Source of the DNA: Alphaproteobacteria bacterium
Lineage (GTDB): Bacteria; Pseudomonadota; Alphaproteobacteria; Rs-D84
DNA length: 64,000 nt
NCBI GenBank assembly: GCA_017471445.1
Contig: JAFUTJ010000007.1
Location: forward strand, 3,498-67,497
Direction: 5' to 3'
The stretch's first letter is position 1. Each line of letters begins with the position of its first letter. The notes under the pieces are model-generated. The model saw only the letters and a program-made list of their open reading frames with translations. It made no database searches and was not told where the DNA came from. The translations under genes were made by a program, and so were the position numbers. Positions 9,827-18,401 of the stretch are shown here, in pieces.

Positions 9827-10507
9827 TTAACGCACCAATATTCGCGCACTGTCGCGCATATCAATTACATTAATGTTTTTTGATAAAATCTTGTGATTTT
9901 GGTTCATTATTACCAACGCACCAATTGCCGCGGTTGGGTCATCTTCGGGTAACATAACGGTTATGCCGCCGGTTGTTGTCATGTTCCAACGCCGGTTTTC
10001 AATCCATTCCAGATAGTCAACATCGCCGGCCATACCGTGTGCCGCATTGGTTATTTCGGTTATATCGTCGGGAACATTTCCGCGGAATAATACCGCACCA
10101 TTATCACGAACATCGGTCGGGCGATTTACAATTGTGCCATCGGCCGACAATGGAAAGAAACTTTCGCCGTCGGTCCATTGTGCAACCGCACGATATAACT
10201 TTACCCGCACCGCCAGATTGCCATTTGGCATGCGTCGTACAGACGATTGCCGCACACCCGGCACCGCCGCCACACGTGCATTTACATCACGCAGTGCCAC
10301 CGAATACGTATGTGCACCCGGCGCAACGGTTGCCGCCGCCGCCAAGGCCGATAAATCTTTGTCATTAACATCCGCCGAAATTGATATATTGCGAACGCGC
10401 GCAACATCACCATGACCCAAGAATACCATAACAATGCGCACGGAAAAATACACCGCCAAAACAATGGCAAATATAAAATATAACCAAAACCGAACTGTAT
10501 GCTTCAT
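9827..10507 (-). CDS. ftsQ: cell division protein FtsQ
   Basis: One N-terminal TM helix, a POTRA-like region (VRNISI...) and an FtsQ-type C-terminal part. It sits immediately upstream of ftsA. Confidence 0.8.
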   Translation of the reverse strand: MKHTVRFWLYFIFAIVLAVYFSVRIVMVFLGHGDVARVRNISISADVNDKDLSALAAAATVAPGAHTYSVALRDVNARVAAVPGVRQSSVRRMPNGNLAVRVKLYRAVAQWTDGESFFPLSADGTIVNRPTDVRDNGAVLFRGNVPDDITEITNAAHGMAGDVDYLEWIENRRWNMTTTGGITVMLPEDDPTAAIGALVIMNQNHKILSKNINVIDMRDSARILVR

Positions 10508-10621
10508 ACCGTGTATTATATCATATACAAGCCGCGTCCGCTATATTTTGTTGAATTTTAACCATGGCAAAAACACGCGAATAAAAAAATACACCCCAAT
10601 TAAGTAAATAGATATTGTTCA

Positions 10622-10828
10622 CTAATTTGTTGGTACCAATTTTCCGCCGATGTCGCGTGTGGCGTTAATCCAACATGTTGCGCCATTACGCGGAACCGCC
10701 ATGGCGTATTTGGTGTGCTTTTCCGCATATATATTTATACCGTTCATTGCGGTTTCACCAATCCGGCACAGTGGCAAACACCGGTCGTCGGATGTGTGAC
10801 CGAACCCATCATCACATTCCCATGGGCA
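10622..10828 (-). repeat. conserved 3' cassette of family-B genes (copy 1)
   Basis: It shares long identical nucleotide runs with 29407-29613 (e.g. ccatggcgtatttggt, ccaatccggcacagtgg, cggtcgtcggatgtgtgacc, attcccatgggcaat). By manual count, 62 of 68 encoded residues are identical. Confidence 0.85.
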
Positions 10829-11446
10829 ATCGTTCGCATCAACAATTGTACCATCCACACTGTCTGGTGTGCCGGGGCCGGTATAGTGTGCATTTGCGGG
10901 TGCATTGGTGCATGGTTTAAACGCGTTATACGAGCTACTGCTCTGTCCATGATGTTGCGACAGATAATACCCAGCGTATGCCTTTGTATATAAACACGCA
11001 CTGTAATCGGCATAAGCCCCAACAGATTCCGAATAATAGAAACTTAGTGCATTTATTCTTGCTTCATCGCCATTAATACCACGAATAACAATGCCACACT
11101 TTTCGATATTTTTAGCGTTATAGGTGTGAGTAAACCATTCTGTAGAAACCATAACGGTCATTTCACTGTAATATGGGTTGGTAAGTAAAACATACGGCGA
11201 TATCATGTTTATAAGTTCTTGCCGGGTCATGTTAATTTCGGGACACGCATATTGCGCATCATCACCCGGACAATAATATGCCTCAGAACAGGCCGCGCAT
11301 TCACCGTTGTTCAACCAATACCCGGCGTTACATTGTGCGGCGCGGGCCGTGCCGACACCGCCAATCGTAATCAGTGCACAAATTGCTAACGCCAAATCAA
11401 CCGCACGGCAACGCATAATCGATTGAATATAAAAAAACAGATTCAT
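10622..11446 (-). CDS. secreted cysteine-rich protein, family B (paralog of 29407..30162)
   Basis: AGAGGGA SD before the ATG at 11446. Signal-like N-terminus ending GTARA. It has a CNAGYWLNNGECAACSEAYYCPGDD module and a C-terminal 68 aa nearly identical to the paralog. Confidence 0.8.
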   Translation of the reverse strand: MNLFFYIQSIMRCRAVDLALAICALITIGGVGTARAAQCNAGYWLNNGECAACSEAYYCPGDDAQYACPEINMTRQELINMISPYVLLTNPYYSEMTVMVSTEWFTHTYNAKNIEKCGIVIRGINGDEARINALSFYYSESVGAYADYSACLYTKAYAGYYLSQHHGQSSSSYNAFKPCTNAPANAHYTGPGTPDSVDGTIVDANDCPWECDDGFGHTSDDRCLPLCRIGETAMNGINIYAEKHTKYAMAVPRNGATCWINATRDIGGKLVPTN

Positions 11447-11462
11447 ATGTTTCCCTCTTAAT

Positions 11463-11657
11463 AAAAAAAATCCCTGCGCGAAATTGCAGTGGTTGGAGGT
11501 TAAGAACTATAAATGTAGAAAATAGTGTGCTTATTCAATATATTCGCAACCCTCCAACCCTGGGGATGGGTTGGACGCATGGCATTCATATACAATGCCG
11601 ATTAATCTACATTTATACGGGTTCTTACACCCCGACAACAATGCAACGCATTACGTC
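11463..11657 (-). promoter_or_regulatory. structured leader RNA upstream of family-B gene 10622..11446 (candidate attenuator)
   Basis: It follows TTGTCT-N17-TAAACT (11692-11664). Nested inverted repeats are 11501-11519 with 11606-11628 (12-bp perfect core tataaatgtaga/tctacatttata). GGGUUGGAGG can pair either with upstream CCAACCC or with downstream CCUCCAACC. It ends in a weak hairpin plus U8, directly before the SD. Confidence 0.4.
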
Positions 11658-11692
11658 AGGTAAAGTTTAAATCAAATAACAAACAAAGACAA

Positions 11693-11723
11693 GTTGAAAA
11701 AAATCGCCCGTTTGGGCGATTTT
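11693..11723 (-). terminator. intrinsic terminator after rpsD
   Basis: ATCGCCC-loop-GGGCGAT, followed on the minus strand by a T7 run. Confidence 0.75.
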
Positions 11724-12356
11724 TTAACGCGAATAGAATTCGACGACCAATTCCGGTGACATTTGAACCGGGTATGGCACTTCATCAAATGCCGGTACAC
11801 GGGTAAATGTTGCGGTAAAGTTCGCACTGTCCACGCTGACATAATCTGCGAATGCGCGTTCGGCGGATTCCAGTGCCAAAACGACCAACGGCATCTGTTT
11901 TGCCTTGTCGCTGACCGTGATAACATCGCCCGGCTTTACACGATATGATGCGATTTTTACGCGCTTGCCATTGACATAGATGTGACCATGGCTGACCAAT
12001 TGACGGGCCGAAAATACCGTCGGTGCCAATTTTGCACGGTATACAACTGCGTCCAAACGACGTTCCAACAAGCCAATCAAGTTATCTGGGGTGTCACCCT
12101 TCATATTGTCTGCTTCCAGATAATATGCACGGAACTTCTTTTCGCCGATGTTGCCATAATATCCCTTTAACGTCTGTTTGGCGCGCATCTGTTTTGCATA
12201 GTCAGAAGAATTGCCACCGCGTGACGTTGGACCATGCTGGCCCGGTTTGTATTTACGTTTGTTAAATGGCGATTTCGCCTGACCCCACAGGTTTACACCC
12301 AACGAACGGCCGATTTTTAATTTGCGTGTGCTGCGCTTTGCGCCTGCCCTTGCCAT
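11724..12356 (-). CDS. rpsD: 30S ribosomal protein S4
   Basis: [25 protein letters not shown]... and the S4 domain ([34 protein letters not shown]). Confidence 0.95.
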   Translation of the reverse strand: MARAGAKRSTRKLKIGRSLGVNLWGQAKSPFNKRKYKPGQHGPTSRGGNSSDYAKQMRAKQTLKGYYGNIGEKKFRAYYLEADNMKGDTPDNLIGLLERRLDAVVYRAKLAPTVFSARQLVSHGHIYVNGKRVKIASYRVKPGDVITVSDKAKQMPLVVLALESAERAFADYVSVDSANFTATFTRVPAFDEVPYPVQMSPELVVEFYSR

Positions 12357-12512
12357 AATTATAATCCTTTTGTTTTTTGGTTTTTACGGTGCCAGATATT
12401 TTGACAGAATCCTTATCGCGGACGGGACCAAAAATCACCGCCGTTTAATCAGTTCTGATTACCCAGCGGTGCGTATTTTATAGTGCTTTTTTCGCGAAAT
12501 CAAGTATTTTGA

Positions 12513-13055
12513 TTAAAATTTAACCTGTGGCGCGGCGCGTTCAGAATCATCAATCGTGAACAATTGTTCCGGCGTAATACCAAACATGCGTGCGATTATG
12601 TTTGACGGAAACTGCTCTATTTGTGTATTTAGCCCCATAACCACGGTATTATAGAATTGACGGGCGGCCTGAATTTTCGTTTCGGTGTCGGTCAATTCGC
12701 GCTGTAATTCCAAGAAATTATCATTCGCGCGCAGCGTCGGGTAACTTTCCGCCAGGGCAAAAATGCTCTTTAACGCGCCGGTTAATTTATTTTCGGCCGC
12801 ACCACGTGCATCGGCACCGGTCGCCGATATGGCCGCATTACGCGCAGAAATAACCGCATTCAATGTATCTTTTTCATGTGCCGCCGCACCACGTACCGTT
12901 TCCATTAAATTCGGTATCAGGTCGTAACGCCGCTTTAACTGCGTGTCAATGGTCGCCCACGCCTCGCGCACTTGGTTTCGGCGCGCAACCAAACCATTAT
13001 AAACCGCAACAACATACAATAATAAAACCGCAATGACGGCAATCGCTGTCCACAT
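12513..13055 (-). CDS. lemA: LemA family membrane protein
   Basis: MWTAIAVIAVLLLYVVAVYNGLVARRNQVREAWATIDTQLKRRYDLIPNL is the LemA signature. AAGGAG SD before the ATG at 13055. Confidence 0.85.
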   Translation of the reverse strand: MWTAIAVIAVLLLYVVAVYNGLVARRNQVREAWATIDTQLKRRYDLIPNLMETVRGAAAHEKDTLNAVISARNAAISATGADARGAAENKLTGALKSIFALAESYPTLRANDNFLELQRELTDTETKIQAARQFYNTVVMGLNTQIEQFPSNIIARMFGITPEQLFTIDDSERAAPQVKF

Positions 13056-13184
13056 GACAAAGGCTCCTTTTTTTGTGTCGGTTGAAATTTTACAACGCAA
13101 CAAACGCAAAATCAAATATAAAAGCAACGGTTATTTACGAACCAATCGCGATATACCAAAATGATTTCATAATTACAGCAGAAA

Positions 13185-13631
13185 TTACCCCAAAACCAAA
13201 TTCGGACGGGATTTGCGCAAATTAGCCAATGATTTTTCTTGGGCCATGCGAAATGCGGTTGGATTCCATATCTGAAAACCATTACCACGCCCAACGAACA
13301 TTACCGCATCATCAATATCCGCATGCCGCAACAAATCACCCGGTATAATAATGCGACCAGTACTGTCAAAATTCAGTGGCCGCGCATCTGCAAACAGCAT
13401 TGCCGTCAAATCATCCAATGTATCATCAAACACACCAATCTTGTCCGTCGCCGCCGCCATCGCCGTCATGCGCGCCATAGACAACCCTTCGATACAGTTA
13501 TTTGTGAACGAACGATACAAAACAACGCCCGCGAAACAATCGTCGGCAACCGCCGCACGAAACGCCGCCGGCACAGAAACACGTCCCTTGGCATCCAAAT
13601 GATTTTCATAAATTGACAGGAATAATCCCAT
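13185..13631 (-). CDS. mraZ: transcriptional regulator MraZ
   Basis: HLDAKGRVSVPAAFR and DSTGRIIIPGDL are the duplicated SpoVT/AbrB-like MraZ motifs. Confidence 0.9.
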   Translation of the reverse strand: MGLFLSIYENHLDAKGRVSVPAAFRAAVADDCFAGVVLYRSFTNNCIEGLSMARMTAMAAATDKIGVFDDTLDDLTAMLFADARPLNFDSTGRIIIPGDLLRHADIDDAVMFVGRGNGFQIWNPTAFRMAQEKSLANLRKSRPNLVLG

Positions 13632-13651
13632 TCAAATAACCCTTTTGTCGC

Positions 13652-13680
13652 ACAATAGCATACGACACCACGGGTGTCAA
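13652..13680 (-). promoter_or_regulatory. candidate mraZ promoter
   Basis: The minus strand reads TTGACA-N17-TATTGT. Two TGGxx repeats with 10-nt spacing (TGGGA 13702-13706, TGGTT 13712-13716) lie just upstream and are possible MraZ boxes. Confidence 0.45.
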
Positions 13681-13958
13681 TGACAAACAAATGTATTTTT
13701 ATGGGATTTTATGGTTTTTGTAAATAAAATTAAAATAATTAATTTTTTCGCTTGACCAGCGATTCGTTTTTGTTCTATGATTTCTGTATAGACAAGGGAA
13801 AAAGACAACAAAGTTCCAGGAATCTGATAAAAAACCGGATTTCTGGTAAAATAAAAAAGGAAACAAAAAATTAAACCGGCGTTTTGTAAATACAATATGT
13901 AAATACAAACTTTCGGCGCGATTTTTTCAACAAACCCATGAAAGGAGGGGACACACAC

Positions 13959-14294
13959 ATGCCAAAGAACATCAAAGAAATAATGATTGCACTGAACCAG
14001 GTTCTGACCACGACCGTTTGGGTCAATGGTGACCGCCAAATTGTATCATTACGCGACGAATTGCAAATCGGTAAAAATAATGCACCACGTTCAATCGAAG
14101 ATTTACCGCGTAATGCATTGGTTGGCGCATATGTGTCCTTGCAAATTCGTACCGATAATTTTGACGTTGCCGCCGAGGCATTAGACACACGGGCGTTGGC
14201 CATGCGTGTCAAAGAAATGGTCTTTGCCGAGGCGAAAAAAATCATGGATTCCGCCGAACGCGACAATTCCGCACATGTTGCGATGGCCGCGTAA
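13959..14294 (+). CDS. hypothetical protein (111 aa)
   Basis: Strong AAGGAGG SD before the ATG at 13959 and a terminator downstream. I recognise no family. Confidence 0.55.
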   Translation: MPKNIKEIMIALNQVLTTTVWVNGDRQIVSLRDELQIGKNNAPRSIEDLPRNALVGAYVSLQIRTDNFDVAAEALDTRALAMRVKEMVFAEAKKIMDSAERDNSAHVAMAA

Positions 14295-14356
14295 TAAACA
14301 TGTTTGCATGTTTTTGGCAACAAAATTCCGGACAACCCGGAAGGAAGGGAGTAAAT

Positions 14357-14389
14357 CACCGGCAAGTAATTGCCGGTGGTTTCGTTTCT
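14357..14389 (+). terminator. intrinsic terminator
   Basis: CACCGGCAA-GTAA-TTGCCGGTG (9-bp stem) followed by GTTTCGTTTCT. Confidence 0.65.
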
Positions 14390-14450
14390 GGGGTGTTAGT
14401 TGTTGGTTGATGACAGTGTTCTGCCGTCTAAACCTCACTGTGCCACGTCA

Positions 14451-14460
14451 GGGGGGGGGG
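14451..14460. repeat. G10 homopolymer tract (intergenic)
   Basis: Ten consecutive G read directly from the sequence. Confidence 0.95.
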
Positions 14461-14587
14461 ACAGAGTTTAGTTATAAGATTTATGATTTTGTTGTGTCGG
14501 CGCACGCGATGGTTATGAATCCCCGGTAAAATATTAATAAAAAAACGCTGTAACAGGCAAAACACAAGGCTTTCGCCGAATCCACCC

Positions 14588-14619
14588 GTGCACCAAAAAA
14601 CCACCGTTTTTTTGTGCAC
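14588..14619. repeat. 32-bp hairpin-forming inverted repeat, left copy
   Basis: GTGCACCAAAAAACCACCGTTTTTTTGTGCAC. It is self-complementary (GTGCAC..A6 / T7..GTGCAC), and its reverse complement recurs at 14684-14713. Confidence 0.85.
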
Positions 14620-14629
14620 GATATTTAAT

Positions 14630-14658
14630 TTGGAAAATGGCGGAATTTGTGCTAAAAT
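14630..14658 (+). promoter_or_regulatory. candidate sigma70 promoter bracketed by the inverted repeats
   Basis: TTGGAA-N17-TAAAAT, about 75 nt upstream of the ATG at 14733. Confidence 0.5.
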
Positions 14659-14683
14659 ACGCATGCAAACAATGAAAAAAATA

Positions 14684-14713
14684 TGCACAAAAAAACGGTG
14701 GTTTTTTGGTGCA
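14684..14713. repeat. inverted repeat, right copy (in predicted 5' UTR)
   Basis: TGCACAAAAAAACGGTGGTTTTTTGGTGCA matches 30 of 32 positions of the reverse complement of 14588-14619. Confidence 0.85.
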
Positions 14714-14732
14714 AACAATAAAAAGGATTAAA

Positions 14733-15899
14733 ATGTTAATGGAAGAAAAAATAACGATGCTAAAAAATCTGGTAGAATCAGCAAATCGGTATTTTTTATA
14801 TGTCGGCGAAAAAAGATACGAAACCAAAAACCTTGCAGAAAAAGGTATGGCGTATTTATGTAACGTATCACGACCCCAAAACAAAAGCGAAGCAGCACTA
14901 ATAATCGTTTCTGTAGCCAGTCTTGTGACGAAAGAATTAGCGTCCAGTCCTTATTTTAACCCTTTTGTGGACTGCATATTTATATTTTACTATTCCATAG
15001 TGGAAGCACTTAGCGATGACGAGAAAAAGGTTATTTTTGACATGCTGGCGCGTACGGGTTTTGTTGAGGCAGCAAAATCATACATCAACCCCAAACTGAC
15101 TGAACAATATAAATCCGATGCTTTTAGCAAACAATTTTCTTCATATAGATATTTAATCAAACAGCCTAATTTTTGGGATTTCTTGTCGCATTTTGATAAA
15201 AGTTTCGAGCCAGGAGCAAAAAGAGTACAGCAAGAAAAACAAAAACGCATTGACGCCCAAAAAAGATTTGACGAACGCGTTAATAATATCTTAGAAAGAA
15301 TGACGCAAAACATTATTGACAATCGCGGCAAGTGTTTCAACGTGCCTGAGCGTATTCAGATTGACGGCAAAAAATATTGGTTGAAAGATTTAACTAATTC
15401 ATTTGATAAAAGAACCTGGGCTAAATTTGTTGTGGCCGTAATAAAAGCACAGAATAACATTACCCGCGACAATCTTGATAGTTATGATAAACTTATCGAC
15501 TTTATTAGAGATATTAACCGGAGTAGAAAAGAATTATACTGTCCGGGCTACACAGGTGTTTTTACGGACCAAACACGTCGCAACGTATTAAAAATCCTGG
15601 GAATTAGCGAAGAAGAATTGACCGAAGAATATTATTACGGCAAGGACAGGGGACGCTATGATGAAGTTGAATACCTACTTACAAAATATGCATCATTTCT
15701 TAATATTTATTTACATTTGGGGTATGACAATGACTTAGAATACATACGTTTGTCATTAAACAAAAAGCTGGGCGGCGACAGTTATCGTAAATCACGAAGA
15801 AAAATTGCGGAAAAAATCGCCCCAAAAGAATTGTCAGAATCTCAAAAAAAGAAAGAACAAAAATGGGCAAACATACTGTTTGGACAAAAGGACAGATAA
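14733..15899 (+). CDS. hypothetical protein (388 aa), visibly AT-rich, Lys/Glu-rich
   Basis: Long clean ORF with AAAAGGA before the ATG at 14733. No signal peptide and no recognisable motif. A terminator lies downstream. Confidence 0.7.
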   Translation: MLMEEKITMLKNLVESANRYFLYVGEKRYETKNLAEKGMAYLCNVSRPQNKSEAALIIVSVASLVTKELASSPYFNPFVDCIFIFYYSIVEALSDDEKKVIFDMLARTGFVEAAKSYINPKLTEQYKSDAFSKQFSSYRYLIKQPNFWDFLSHFDKSFEPGAKRVQQEKQKRIDAQKRFDERVNNILERMTQNIIDNRGKCFNVPERIQIDGKKYWLKDLTNSFDKRTWAKFVVAVIKAQNNITRDNLDSYDKLIDFIRDINRSRKELYCPGYTGVFTDQTRRNVLKILGISEEELTEEYYYGKDRGRYDEVEYLLTKYASFLNIYLHLGYDNDLEYIRLSLNKKLGGDSYRKSRRKIAEKIAPKELSESQKKKEQKWANILFGQKDR

Positions 15900-15920
15900 T
15901 ATTTTATTTTAATAACAACC

Positions 15921-15947
15921 GCCCGGCCACAACCGGGCATGTTTTAT
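15921..15947 (+). terminator. candidate intrinsic terminator
   Basis: GCCCGG-CCACAA-CCGGGC followed by ATGTTTTAT. Confidence 0.5.
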
Positions 15948-16146
15948 GCAATTTTTTTAATCACAGGGAACAGATTTATTTCCGAAATCGGGTTTATAGT
16001 ACGGCGCAACGCTTTTTACACACGATGTGCCCCCCGACCTGCGCCGACAGTAAACGATAACGTCGTCGGGAAAAATTATAATTTATTTTTGCGATGTTTT
16101 ATAACTTTGTATCTGGGGCGAATTATGATATAATCACATGGTAATT

Positions 16147-18393
16147 ATGAAACGATTGGCCACATGTTTCTTTGCAATTTTGGTATGTGCACCGCATGTT
16201 TTTGCGGCGGATGTGCCGTCGCGTGTTGTTGCGTCGGGCGCGACAAATAATTCCACGGCGGCATCGTCACGGGCATCAACGGGACGCAGCATTAATATTG
16301 AACGGACGGCCCCAGACCCAGAACAACCGGTTACCACAACGCAATCGCGTACAGCATCGCGGGCGATTGCGGGCGCGACATTCGGCAATGGCACATCAAT
16401 TGGGCGTGACGTACAGTTGGGCATAACGACACCGGCACGCACGGTTTCAACACGTGTCGCGAATCAATCGGGCACAAATGTCCGCAGTGCATTAGATACA
16501 AAGGTTCCGCAATCCGGCCGAAATGCCCGGGTAAACGCCGCATCAATAAACGCAAGCCCAACCGTACGGCGGGCGGGCCTAACCCTGCGTCCCAGCACAG
16601 CCGAGGTTGGCGGCCGCGCCGTAATTGGTGACACCGGTGTTCAGACCGGTTCCAACATCGCATCAGAAATTCGTAATGTTTCGGCACGCGCCGCGGCCGC
16701 AACACCGACGCGTGAATCAATTGCCGCAGCCAAGGAACGATTGGAACAAACAGCCGAATTAAACAAATCTTGCCAAGACCAATATAATGAATGCATGGAC
16801 CAATTCTGTGCGGTTATTGATGCAAATCAAAAGCGGTGTTCGTGTTCGGGAAACCTGGCCAGATATACAAAGGTTGAAAATGCGGTCAAGGAAGCAAACA
16901 CAGAATTAAACGATGTGGCCCAGCGCATTCGGTATGTGGGTCTGTCGGCGGATGAAATTCGCGCAATTATGACCGCGACCGAGGCGGAAGAAACCCTGTC
17001 GTCCACAAAAGACACATCTGAAACGCGCAGCATGTTAGACGACATTGAAAAATTAATCAAAGACCCAACATCTTCGGCCAGTTATTATGCCGACACCAGC
17101 ACCAGTTTAGATTTAGATTTGGATTTCACATCGAACGACGTGTCTGATATGTTCAATTTGGATTTTTTAAGCAACGACAGCGGCAGTTTTTCCAACCTGC
17201 GCGGACGTGAATTATATAACGCGGCAAAAAAACGGTGTAATACCGTGTTGAATCAATGTAAAGAGGTTGGCGCAACATCAACCCAGATTACGGGTAATTA
17301 CGACCTGGCGATTGACAAGGATTGTATCGCGTATGAACAGGGCTTGACCAAGATGAACGAAACGTTGGTTAGCAATGTGCGCAGTGCAAATCGCATGTTG
17401 CAAAAGGCGCGTCTGGCCGTGATGCAGAATAAAAATCAATATGATGCCAAGGGTTGTGTTGCCGCGTTGGATACTTGCATGACCGACGATATGGTATGCG
17501 GTGGCGATTATTATAAATGTCTGGATCCGACCAAACGATATATTGATGAAAATGGCGAAGTTGTTTTGGGGCAAAATATTTCCGACATAACGGTGTTCAT
17601 GCAAAATTACAACAATGCATCAATTACCGCAGGAACATTAAGTGCGAATAACAACGTGTCTATCACAACAGATTTTTGTCGCGGGACCGGCAACGATGGA
17701 ACATGTAATGTAAAATACCTGATGACAAAAATCGGCACCGGTCAAAAGGTTACCGACAACGGCATGTGTCGCGCAGTTTTGGACAAGTGCCAACAATACA
17801 CATACGATTCCAACGGAAATTACAAACCGTTTAATGATATTGTTGTAAATTATGTTCAACGCGCCATGGTTAATATCAAGGCCGCCCAGCAAAGCATTAT
17901 TGCCGAATACGCATCAAAGTGCATTTCAGATATTGCCACATGTTATAACAAGCAAGTGTCCCAGGTTAACACATGGGCATCATCGGCATCGGTTAACGGT
18001 ATATATAATGTTATGACGGGTGCGTGCAGGAATGTTGCCCTAACCTGCTCTTATGCAGTGTTTGCGGCCGATGAAGACCTGTGTCCAAAGGATACGGCCG
18101 GCACAAGCCAGTCAACATGTCTGCAAAATATATCAGAAATGTTCTATCAATCATTGCTGTGCCCGGACAATTCAACGTACAGCGTTACCAGCAAAGCACA
18201 GTGCACGGCTACTACTGGTGCCTCTTGCAACGAATATGTTAACGACCGCTGTACATGTGACAAGGGGTATGTCAAATGGGGCAGTTCGTGCTTGATTAAA
18301 TGCGGAATAGATGCCAGTTATGATGCATATGGAACGTGCAAATGTAATGACACGACAAAAACCTATAACGCCGCAACGAGTACTTGCAGTTAA
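16147..18393 (+). CDS. large secreted cysteine-rich protein, family A (paralog of 2627..5053)
   Basis: Signal peptide MKRLATCFFAILVCAPHVFA and an S/T/R-rich region. Then CQDQYNECMDQFCAVIDANQKRCSCS, DKDCIAYE, GCVAALDTCMTDDMVCGGDYYKCLDPTKRY and GMCRAVLDKCQQYTY occur in the same order as in the paralog. Confidence 0.85.
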   Translation: MKRLATCFFAILVCAPHVFAADVPSRVVASGATNNSTAASSRASTGRSINIERTAPDPEQPVTTTQSRTASRAIAGATFGNGTSIGRDVQLGITTPARTVSTRVANQSGTNVRSALDTKVPQSGRNARVNAASINASPTVRRAGLTLRPSTAEVGGRAVIGDTGVQTGSNIASEIRNVSARAAAATPTRESIAAAKERLEQTAELNKSCQDQYNECMDQFCAVIDANQKRCSCSGNLARYTKVENAVKEANTELNDVAQRIRYVGLSADEIRAIMTATEAEETLSSTKDTSETRSMLDDIEKLIKDPTSSASYYADTSTSLDLDLDFTSNDVSDMFNLDFLSNDSGSFSNLRGRELYNAAKKRCNTVLNQCKEVGATSTQITGNYDLAIDKDCIAYEQGLTKMNETLVSNVRSANRMLQKARLAVMQNKNQYDAKGCVAALDTCMTDDMVCGGDYYKCLDPTKRYIDENGEVVLGQNISDITVFMQNYNNASITAGTLSANNNVSITTDFCRGTGNDGTCNVKYLMTKIGTGQKVTDNGMCRAVLDKCQQYTYDSNGNYKPFNDIVVNYVQRAMVNIKAAQQSIIAEYASKCISDIATCYNKQVSQVNTWASSASVNGIYNVMTGACRNVALTCSYAVFAADEDLCPKDTAGTSQSTCLQNISEMFYQSLLCPDNSTYSVTSKAQCTATTGASCNEYVNDRCTCDKGYVKWGSSCLIKCGIDASYDAYGTCKCNDTTKTYNAATSTCS

Positions 18394-18401
18394 TAAATTA
18401 A

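Noticed and set aside
14395-14408. 14-mer gttagttgttggtt shared (as reverse complement) with the rpoB-rpoC spacer at 41690-41703
   Set aside because: For a 64-kb window read on both strands, several exact 14-15-mer matches are expected by chance. The word is also low-complexity. This is not enough to claim a repeat family without a genome-wide count.
15948-16137. CCCCGACC word and hairpins upstream of family-A gene 16147, a possible third copy of the X/Y RNA
   Set aside because: It lacks all the other conserved blocks (GAAUCCAA, AUUGGGUUCGGGGCU, UUCGGUGCGAAAG) and the collinear architecture. It is probably just a promoter region (TTGTAT-N16-TATAAT) with incidental hairpins.
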